Part shown: one piece after another, positions 39,243 to 46,508 of the stretch | Layout of the letters: every line of letters begins with the position of its first letter | How positions within the stretch are numbered: position 1 is the first letter of the stretch | DNA from: an uncultured Lentimicrobiaceae bacterium | Lineage (GTDB): Bacteria; Bacteroidota; Bacteroidia; Bacteroidales; UBA4417 | Assembly (NCBI GenBank): GCA_964544545.1 | Contig: CAZJCG010000019.1 | Location: 3,031-67,030 of the forward strand | Direction of reading: 5' to 3' | DNA length: 64,000 bases | Position numbers and translations under genes: made by a program | Notes under the pieces: generated by a model | Told to the model about the DNA's origin: nothing | What the model saw: only the letters and a program-made list of their open reading frames with translations | The model's database searches: none

Positions 39243-39629
39243 CTAAATTTTTAGTAGTTTCTTAATCTCACGTTGCAACTGGTCATTCCGGATCCCTTTG
39301 TCGAGAAACAGATCAGCATTGATCCATCGTTTGCTCTCCTCGGCCCGGATATCGAAGGTCATGCCCGTTTCAGCCGTCACAGCTGTGGCAATAATGATCG
39401 GTACATCGGGGTACTTTTTCTTGATCTTGTAGCTCAGAACGAAACCGCTGTCGTCCGATTCCATCATCAGATCCAGGATACAGAGATCAGGCCTGATCTC
39501 GCTGATGATCTTTTCGGCTTCGGCCTGACTTTCAGCAGTGATCGTCTCGAAGCCCATCTGCTCTACTTTCAATTGCATCTGAAACAGGTAATCCATGTCA
39601 TCATCTACAATCAAAATGCGTTTTTTCAT
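39243..39629 (-). CDS. Single-domain response regulator (CheY-like receiver only)
   Basis: 128 aa (ILIVDDDMD...LCILDLMM). No output domain. Confidence 0.85.
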   Translation of the reverse strand: MKKRILIVDDDMDYLFQMQLKVEQMGFETITAESQAEAEKIISEIRPDLCILDLMMESDDSGFVLSYKIKKKYPDVPIIIATAVTAETGMTFDIRAEESKRWINADLFLDKGIRNDQLQREIKKLLKI

Positions 39630-39670
39630 AACTCCGTTTGTTAGGTAGTACGATTATTCTGTTTCGCTGA

Positions 39671-41698
39671 TCAGATAAGTCTTTTCCGGGGAATGGTGAT
39701 TGTGAACGTCGTTCCGGTTGGTCCAGCTTCCGGGTTTGGATTGGATTCAACCTTTACATCCCCTTTGTGCATCTTAACAATTCCATAAATGATGGGCAAC
39801 CCCAATCCTGTTCCCTTACCGATTCCCTTTGTCGTGAAGAAAGGAGTGAACAGTTTTTCCATGTTCTCCTTCTCGATGCCGGAGCCATTGTCCCTCACCT
39901 TGAAGATTACGGTATCTTCCGTGTCTGTGACCTGAAGGCCTATTTCTCCGGTTCCGTTTATGGCTTCAATCGAGTTTTTCAACAGGTTGGTCAATACCTG
40001 GGTCATCTGGTCAAAATCAAGCATGGCAATAGGATCCGTCACCTTTTCCGAGAACTGCACCGTGATGCCATCGGGGACGATAATCGAATCGATGCTGTGT
40101 TGTGCCAGCTTGAGGATATCCGTTTCACTCACATTCACCTGATTCTTGCGGGCGAAATTGAGCAATCCTCCTACGATCTTTCTGCAACGGTCAGCCTGCT
40201 CAACGATGAGCTCCAGGTCTTTGATCATCGGGTTTTCAGGAGGCAATTCCTCTCGCAGGATATTGGAATACATGGTAATTACGCCCAGCGGATTATTCAA
40301 TTCATGGGCTATCCCTGCTGAAAGCTGTCCCATTCCGGCCAGTTTCTCCGAATGGCGCAGTGCTTCCTGTACCGATGCCAGCTTCTCGTTGCTGGTGTCC
40401 AGCTCACGGATATATTTGTGCAATTTTTCAATGGAATAAGGCAGGCACATCTCTGTTTCAGCCAGCCCGTTGATGATTGCCACTGCATGCTCTTCACAGG
40501 AATCGTAACCGCATGCTCCGCAATTCAGATGATCTCTCTGCCCGTATTTCCCCATGCGGAAAAGCACCTCCCTGATCTCTTCAGGCTGTGGTTTGGGTAT
40601 TCGCATGTCCTTCCTGGCAAATCCACGCGAGAGATCAATTTTCCCGAATTCTTCCAGGTTTTTTTGCCACTCATCCCTATCGATGGAGGTCATCTTCCTG
40701 TTCGCATAATTGATAATTCTCGCCTTCTTGGCATAACGCTGGCTGCTGGCTGCCGTATTGGGATAAGGCGACATCCCGGGTCCCATGATACAACCTTCGC
40801 AGCAGAGCAGATGCAGGTGATGCCCGTTCAGGTTGCCCGCTTCAAACTCCCGCAAAGCATCAAGGAAATTGGCACGGCCGCCGGCAACGATCACCTTCTC
40901 CGACAGGATATCCTCAGTCACCTCCATAGTATTCAGAAGACCGTGGCTGAGCGGAAATATCGCACCCCGTCCTCCATGGGGAGGATCAAAATCAGATGGC
41001 TTAACAGCATCCAGATTGATCCTCTTCGCACGGAACATATCCCTTAATTCCCTGAATGTGATTGCATTGTCAATTTCTGTAGATTCAGCCTTCTTCGCCA
41101 GGCAGGGCCCGATGAAAACTACCCTGGAGTCTTCTCCATACATCTTTCTGACTACCCGCGCCATCGCCACCATCGGTGAAACTGTCGTCGTCAGTAATCC
41201 CGTCAGGTTGGGATAATAACGCTCAATATACGAAACGATCGCAGGGCAATCGGATGAGATTGCCTGTTTACCGGCTTCGAGCTGGTTCTTATATTTACGT
41301 GCAACCAGATCAGCGCCGAAAGATACTTCCGTAACGTAAGAGAAGCCAAGTGCACGGATCATTCCGATTAGACGGGTATAATCTTTAATATCCGCAAATT
41401 CAGCCGGGAAACTGGGCGCAACACATGCAATCACCCTATTGCCCGAAGCGAGAAGTGCTTTGACGGATTCCGTTTCATCCCTGAATACCTTTGCTCCCTG
41501 GCTGCACACCTTGATGCAGTTCCCGCAGGCAATGCAACGGTCAGGAATGATCTCAGCCTGTCCTCCCACAATCCGGATTGCCTTTGCCGGACATTCACGG
41601 ACACAGGTGTAGCATACCCGGCATTTTTCTTTAATGGTAAAAACCAGTTTATTGCCAGGTGATGAAGGGGCAGTATTTTCAGAACCGATTGCGTCCAT
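39671..41698 (-). CDS. Sensory-type [FeFe]-hydrogenase domain fused to a histidine kinase (HydS-HK)
   Basis: The ORF extends to a TTG at 41719 that overlaps the hydA stop; the first ATG is at 41698. Two CxxCxxCxxxCP motifs. H-domain motifs SSDCPAIV, GPCLAKKAE and CCEGCIMGPG. Extra motif CGACGYDSC-x16-C. H-box GIAHELNNPL. HATPase_c motifs DNGSGI and GKGTGLGLPI. Confidence 0.8.
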   Translation of the reverse strand: MDAIGSENTAPSSPGNKLVFTIKEKCRVCYTCVRECPAKAIRIVGGQAEIIPDRCIACGNCIKVCSQGAKVFRDETESVKALLASGNRVIACVAPSFPAEFADIKDYTRLIGMIRALGFSYVTEVSFGADLVARKYKNQLEAGKQAISSDCPAIVSYIERYYPNLTGLLTTTVSPMVAMARVVRKMYGEDSRVVFIGPCLAKKAESTEIDNAITFRELRDMFRAKRINLDAVKPSDFDPPHGGRGAIFPLSHGLLNTMEVTEDILSEKVIVAGGRANFLDALREFEAGNLNGHHLHLLCCEGCIMGPGMSPYPNTAASSQRYAKKARIINYANRKMTSIDRDEWQKNLEEFGKIDLSRGFARKDMRIPKPQPEEIREVLFRMGKYGQRDHLNCGACGYDSCEEHAVAIINGLAETEMCLPYSIEKLHKYIRELDTSNEKLASVQEALRHSEKLAGMGQLSAGIAHELNNPLGVITMYSNILREELPPENPMIKDLELIVEQADRCRKIVGGLLNFARKNQVNVSETDILKLAQHSIDSIIVPDGITVQFSEKVTDPIAMLDFDQMTQVLTNLLKNSIEAINGTGEIGLQVTDTEDTVIFKVRDNGSGIEKENMEKLFTPFFTTKGIGKGTGLGLPIIYGIVKMHKGDVKVESNPNPEAGPTGTTFTITIPRKRLI

Positions 41699-41715
41699 AA
41701 TGATTCGAATGATTT

Positions 41716-43440
41716 TCAATGCATCACTTCTCTTCTCTGATAGGATGTATGTAACATCCGGAGGCTTGTTTCACTCAGGGGTGATCCCAGCAGGTTCTCA
41801 TACAATAAGAGAAGAGAAGGATTCCGGTGTGCAAAACGGACAGCTTCCTTATCGTCGATCTCATGGATAGCCTTTGCCCTTGCACGGATATTGTTATCCA
41901 TCGGGTGGATTGGCTGACCACCCCCTCCTACACAGCCACCCGGGCAGGCCATTACTTCTACATAGTGAACATCATTCCTTCCTTTCTCCAGTTCCTTCAG
42001 AAATTCCGGGAAAAAGCCTATCCCGTTGATCACGACAAAACCGAGGTTATAATCACCGATTTTGATCCTGTATTCCTTGCGTCCTTTGGATGAACGCAAT
42101 TCCTGAATCTTCGGCTGCACCATATCCTTCCCGGTGATCATAAAGTACAGCGTCCTGATCAGCGACTCTGTCAGGCCTCCGCTTACTGCCAGCAGCTTTC
42201 CTGCTGAACTCCTCGAACGGTAAGGCTGGTCACCCATTTCAGGTTCCACCTGCTGGATATCAATTCCGTTAAGGCGGATCAGTCGGGCTAACTCACGGGT
42301 TGTCAGGATAGTGTCCACATCGGTCACTCCCTTGTGGGTCATCTGTTCCCGCTGCGCTTCGAATTTCTTTGCCACACAAGGCATGGCTGATACAGAGTAC
42401 ACCTGTTCGTCGGTCAGATTATGTTCGGGTGTGAAATGCTGCGTGATCAGGGCCCCCATCATCTGCTGCGGCGACTTACAGGTAGAAATGTTCTCTAGTA
42501 TCTGGGGGTTGGATTGTTCGGCATACTTAACCCATGCCGGGCAACAACTTGAGAACATAGGAAGGGACATGTTTTGCTGAAGCCGCTGAAGCAGTTCGGC
42601 GGCCTGCTCCATAACGAGCAGGTCGGCAGCAAAGGAAGAATCAAAGATATAATCGAAGCCCAGTTTCCGCAGGGCGGCAACCATGATGTTCTCCATGTCT
42701 TTCCCGGCCCGGAGCCCGAATTCTTCAGCCAGTGTGACCGACAAGGTGGGAGAGCACTGGATCACTGTTTTCACCTCAGGGTTATGCAAGGCATCCTGCA
42801 ATTCTCCCGGATGTTGTTTCTCGGTAAGTGCCCCGGTAGGACAAACCATGATGCACTGCCCGCAATTGATGCAGCTCGACAGGTTCATCCCCTTGTTGAA
42901 GGCCGGCCCAACCTGCATTTTATTTCCGCGCCCAATGAAATCAAGGGCTGTAATACGTTGGATTTCTTCGCATACGCGGATACAACGTCCGCAAAGGATG
43001 CATTTTGCGGGATCACGCAGGAGGCTTGCACTCGAAGGGTCTGTCTTGTACTTGTTCTTAGATCCATAAAACCTTCGTTCCCTGACGTTGAGATCCTGAG
43101 CAAAGCTCTGTAGTTCACAATTCCCGTTTCGCTCGCAATAAAGGCAATCGTCAGGGTGGTTGCTGAGCAGCAGCTCAATATTGGTTTTACGGGCTTTGAC
43201 CACGCGGGGCGAGTGGGTCCTGATCTTCATCCATTCTTCCACAGGATGTGAGCAGGCAGGCAGAAGGGCCTGTTTCCCTTCTACCTCAACAACACACATA
43301 CGGCAGGCGCCGTTGGGGAGCAGGTCATCGATGTGACAAAGCGTCGGCACCTTAATACCATTCCGCTCAAGTGCCGAGAGGATGGTATCGCCGTTACGCG
43401 CTTTGATGGTCTTTCCGTTGACTTCTATATCGAAAAACAT
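41716..43440 (-). CDS. hydA: [FeFe]-hydrogenase catalytic subunit HydA (multimeric, bifurcating-type architecture)
   Basis: 574 aa. N-terminal 2Fe-2S ferredoxin fold, a His-ligated cluster region and 2x[4Fe-4S]. H-cluster motifs FSSCCPAWV, AMPCVAKKFE and VEVMACPGGCVGGGGQP. C-terminal small-subunit-like tail. Confidence 0.9.
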   Translation of the reverse strand: MFFDIEVNGKTIKARNGDTILSALERNGIKVPTLCHIDDLLPNGACRMCVVEVEGKQALLPACSHPVEEWMKIRTHSPRVVKARKTNIELLLSNHPDDCLYCERNGNCELQSFAQDLNVRERRFYGSKNKYKTDPSSASLLRDPAKCILCGRCIRVCEEIQRITALDFIGRGNKMQVGPAFNKGMNLSSCINCGQCIMVCPTGALTEKQHPGELQDALHNPEVKTVIQCSPTLSVTLAEEFGLRAGKDMENIMVAALRKLGFDYIFDSSFAADLLVMEQAAELLQRLQQNMSLPMFSSCCPAWVKYAEQSNPQILENISTCKSPQQMMGALITQHFTPEHNLTDEQVYSVSAMPCVAKKFEAQREQMTHKGVTDVDTILTTRELARLIRLNGIDIQQVEPEMGDQPYRSRSSAGKLLAVSGGLTESLIRTLYFMITGKDMVQPKIQELRSSKGRKEYRIKIGDYNLGFVVINGIGFFPEFLKELEKGRNDVHYVEVMACPGGCVGGGGQPIHPMDNNIRARAKAIHEIDDKEAVRFAHRNPSLLLLYENLLGSPLSETSLRMLHTSYQRREVMH

Positions 43441-43471
43441 AGTGCTACCTGTTTGCGAGAATTATCAAATG

Positions 43472-45400
43472 CTATTTCACTTCTACAGCAACAAATTTGC
43501 ATACTTCGAAGCACATCCCGCACCCGATGCATTTATCCTCCACAATGAAGTGGGGTTGACGGGGCTGTCCGACAATGGCATTGGTCGGGCACTTCCTTAA
43601 GCAGGCTACACATCCCGTGCATTTTTCCACGTCGATGTAATACACACGAAGTTCCTTGCACACTCCGGCCCTGCATTTGCGATCAAAAATGTGTTCTTCG
43701 AATTCTTCACGAAACCAGCGCAGCGCGCTGATCAGGGGATTGGGCGCAGTCTGTCCCAGCCCGCAAAGAGAGGTATCACGGATTACTTCAGCCAATCCTT
43801 CCAACTGCATGATGCCTTTAAATCGCTCGAGGGTTTCATGGCCCGATTCACCTGAAGGCCGGCGGGTGATGCTTTCCAGCACCTCATGGATCCTTCGCGT
43901 GCCTTCCCTGCAGGGAATACATTTCCCGCAACTCTCCTGGTTCAGGAACTTCATGAAGAATTTCGCCATATCGACCATGCAGGTGTTCTCATCCATCACC
44001 ACCATGCCTCCTGAGCCCATGATAGCACCTGCGCTCCAAAGCGATTCGTAATCCACCTGCAGGTCAAGTTGTTGCATGGGTATACAGCTTCCTGAAGGAC
44101 CGCCTATCTGAACGGCCTTGAATTCACGCCCTTCCTGGATACCGCCGGCAATTTTGAAGATTATATCTCTTAACCGGGTCCCCATGGGAATTTCAACCAG
44201 ACCGTTGATCATCGATTTGCCCGAGATACCGAAGACCTTGGTCCCTTTGCTCGTGGCTGTCCCGATCTCGCTGAAACGCTGCGGTCCGTGGTTCAGGATA
44301 AACTGGACATTGGCAAGTGTTTCAACATTATTTACAACTGTAGGCTTCCTGAAGAGTCCTTCTGTGGCAGGATAAGGCGGCTTAGGCTCCGGCATTCCCC
44401 GCTTGCCTTCAATACTTTTGATCAGTGCAGTTTCCTCACCACATACAAAGGCTCCCGGTCCTTTGATCAGGTTTATCTGCAGATCAACTCCGCTCCCGTA
44501 AATATTATAGCCCGACAGTCCGTACTCTTTCATCTGGCTGATGGCGGCCTTGAGCCTTTTCCAGGCAAGGTCGTACTCAGCCATAACATATATGTATGCC
44601 TTCGTTGCCCCGACAGCGTATGCCGCAATGGCTATACCTTCAAGCAGCATGTGAGGATCCCCTTCAATTACGGCCCTGTCCATAAATGCGCCCGGATCGC
44701 TCTCAGCGGCATTGCATATAAGGTATTTCTGATCACTCACCGCATTGTTGGCAGCAAGCCATTTCTTTCCGGTGGGATAACCACCCCCTCCCCTGCCACG
44801 CAGGCCGCTTTCATCCACCTTTTCGCAGATCTTCTCGGCAGTATAATTCCGGATGCACTTCAGATAGGTGGCATATCCGCCCCTGGCAATATATTCTTCG
44901 ATGGAGACCGGATCGATGATGCCGCAATGCCTGAGCACGATCCGCTTTTGCAGTGCAAAGAAGGGAAGCTTATCGAGGTTGCTGACTCCTTCCCATGCGT
45001 TGTGAAGTTCATTGGTGAACTGCCCGATCACATCCTCACCAGGTACAACCCCGTTGAAGACATCATCCAGCAGCGACTCCACCTTTCCTGCAGTAATATT
45101 ACGGAAGGAGATGCGATTCTTCCCGGGGAGCTGAACATCCACAATCGGTTCATAAGAACACAGCCCGATGCATCCTACTTCGATGATCCGGGTCTCTATC
45201 CGCTTTTCTTCAAGGTATTTCCGGATCGCATCAAGGGTTTCCTGAGCCCCGGCAACCATACCACAGGTTCCCGTTCCAATATAGATAACAGGCTTGTTGA
45301 TTTTATCATTCCGTAAAGCAGCCAGCCGATCCTGCACCGTTTTGTCGGATGAAGGCTTCGCCGACAGCACATTCTCGACCAGGAGATCCTTATCGTTCAT
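43472..45400 (-). CDS. hydB: NuoF-like flavoprotein subunit HydB (NADH/FMN-binding)
   Basis: 642 aa. N-terminal thioredoxin-like region. GRGGGGYPTGKKW FMN/NADH site. NuoF cluster ESCGKCIPCREG. C-terminal CTGCVACLRKCP and CIGCGMCFEVC. Confidence 0.9.
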   Translation of the reverse strand: MNDKDLLVENVLSAKPSSDKTVQDRLAALRNDKINKPVIYIGTGTCGMVAGAQETLDAIRKYLEEKRIETRIIEVGCIGLCSYEPIVDVQLPGKNRISFRNITAGKVESLLDDVFNGVVPGEDVIGQFTNELHNAWEGVSNLDKLPFFALQKRIVLRHCGIIDPVSIEEYIARGGYATYLKCIRNYTAEKICEKVDESGLRGRGGGGYPTGKKWLAANNAVSDQKYLICNAAESDPGAFMDRAVIEGDPHMLLEGIAIAAYAVGATKAYIYVMAEYDLAWKRLKAAISQMKEYGLSGYNIYGSGVDLQINLIKGPGAFVCGEETALIKSIEGKRGMPEPKPPYPATEGLFRKPTVVNNVETLANVQFILNHGPQRFSEIGTATSKGTKVFGISGKSMINGLVEIPMGTRLRDIIFKIAGGIQEGREFKAVQIGGPSGSCIPMQQLDLQVDYESLWSAGAIMGSGGMVVMDENTCMVDMAKFFMKFLNQESCGKCIPCREGTRRIHEVLESITRRPSGESGHETLERFKGIMQLEGLAEVIRDTSLCGLGQTAPNPLISALRWFREEFEEHIFDRKCRAGVCKELRVYYIDVEKCTGCVACLRKCPTNAIVGQPRQPHFIVEDKCIGCGMCFEVCKFVAVEVK

Positions 45401-45411
45401 AGAAGGGAATA

Positions 45412-45873
45412 TTAGGCCTTTTTACGATACATTTCGATGATGGAGGATATTCCTGATGCCGTAACGGCATTATGAAAGACTCCGTTGATATTCATGACCG
45501 GCCCGTTGCTGCATGCACCCATGCAACTAACCGTCTCAAGGCTGAAATAGCCGTCACGGGTAGTCTGCCCTTCCTTGATTTTCAATACCTTCTCGACTTC
45601 GCGCAGAACGTTGAGCGAGCCATTCATGTGACAAGCAGTTCCCCGGCATACGAGTATGTGGTAACGGCCTTTGAGCACAAACCGGAACTGGTTAAAGAAA
45701 GTGGCAATTCCGTAAATCTTACTGGCTGGCATTCCCAGGTAGGCGCCTACCTTGATTATTGATTCTTCATTCAGGTATCCAAACTCTTCCTGGATTTCCT
45801 GCAAAAGCGGAAGCAACGACTCCGGCGCACCCTTTTTATACCGGCCAACCAATTCATCCAATGAAACAGGCAT
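45412..45873 (-). CDS. hydC: NuoE-like 2Fe-2S subunit HydC
   Basis: 153 aa with CRGTACHMNG and CMGACSNGP cysteine pairs. It lies 11 nt upstream of hydB. Confidence 0.85.
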   Translation of the reverse strand: MPVSLDELVGRYKKGAPESLLPLLQEIQEEFGYLNEESIIKVGAYLGMPASKIYGIATFFNQFRFVLKGRYHILVCRGTACHMNGSLNVLREVEKVLKIKEGQTTRDGYFSLETVSCMGACSNGPVMNINGVFHNAVTASGISSIIEMYRKKA

Positions 45874-45911
45874 AGTCCTTTAAAATAGATTACTCTCCGG
45901 TGATTTAAGCA

Positions 45912-45919
45912 CAAAAATA
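45912..45919 (-). promoter_or_regulatory. -7 box candidate (TATTTTTG on the minus strand) for hydCBA
   Basis: The plus strand reads CAAAAATA, 39 nt upstream of the hydC ATG (45873). Confidence 0.35.
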
Positions 45920-45964
45920 ATTGATAGATCGGAACTATGAAAATTATCTGTGAAAAAAATAACA

Positions 45965-45982
45965 GTGTTATCCTGCTAACAA
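45965..45982. promoter_or_regulatory. Rex-operator-like inverted repeat
   Basis: GTGTTATCCTGCTAACAA contains TGTTA-N6-TAACA and matches TTGTTAAnnnnTTAACAA at 11 of 14 specified positions. A weaker neighbour, CTGTGAAAAAAATAACAG, lies at 45948..45965. Confidence 0.35.
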
Positions 45983-46015
45983 TTGAAGCATGAGTCGAAC
46001 TTTAATTACTTTTGT

Positions 46016-46165
46016 TTTATACTTCGGCTGAACAGGTTTGCCCCAAGGGGGACCCTTCGGGTCAAAATTTGTTTTTCGGGACTTGCTCAGTAATACTGAA
46101 TCTAATCAGCTTTGCTTTGACTCAAAGAGTCCCCTTTGGGGCAAACCTGTTAAGATTCATTATAT
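46016..46165. repeat. Structured ~150-bp repeat, copy 2 (MITE-like), inside the divergent hydrogenase control region
   Basis: Homologous to 410..560. A perfect 12-bp inverted pair CAGGTTTGCCCC/GGGGCAAACCTG flanks a conserved core. It contains a GACCCTTCGGGTC hairpin. Confidence 0.6.
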
Positions 46166-46217
46166 ATTCGTTATCTGTTACGGTTGGATTGGAAAACCCG
46201 CTATTTTCGACACTGTC

Positions 46218-46493
46218 ATGGAAAACCCACGAAAAGAGATAGTCATTTGCCTTGGAAGCTCCTGTTTTGCCAGGGGAAACAAGATGCTTGTAAAACTCAT
46301 CAATGATTACCTTCGCGACAGGGACCTTCTGAACCATGTCAGGTTCCACGGAGAGCGCTGCTTCGGACATTGCGCCAAAGGACCTGTCCTGAAAATCGAC
46401 GAGGTGATCCATGAAAAGATCGACGAAGAAAAAGTACAACAACTCCTCGACGCATTCTTCCAGTCGGTAATTGAACAGGAATACGGCAGGTAA
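46218..46493 (+). CDS. Thioredoxin-like [2Fe-2S] ferredoxin
   Basis: The ORF starts at 46038 but its first 60 codons read through the repeat; ATG 46218 (MENPRKEIVICLGSSCFARGN...CFGHCAKGP) gives the usual ~90-aa protein with Cx4C...Cx3C. Confidence 0.75.
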   Translation: MENPRKEIVICLGSSCFARGNKMLVKLINDYLRDRDLLNHVRFHGERCFGHCAKGPVLKIDEVIHEKIDEEKVQQLLDAFFQSVIEQEYGR

Positions 46494-46508
46494 CCCGATA
46501 TTGACTCC

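Noticed and set aside
40352-41047. 231-aa plus-strand ORF inside the HydS-HK gene; similar cases at 46926..47537 and 47396..48025 in hydS, 11286..11909 in ftsK, and 50411..51055 in the nucleoside permease gene
   Set aside because: All are antisense shadows of well-supported genes.
44288-45316. 342-aa ORF on the plus strand inside hydB
   Set aside because: It is fully antisense to a gene with unmistakable NuoF/HydB motifs. Its translation has no recognisable motif and has the Arg/Ser/Leu-rich, low-complexity look of mirror-frame ORFs.
46038-46217. N-terminal 60 codons of ORF 46038..46493, and ORF 46012..46242
   Set aside because: They read through the MITE-like repeat. The ferredoxin homology begins only at the ATG at 46218.
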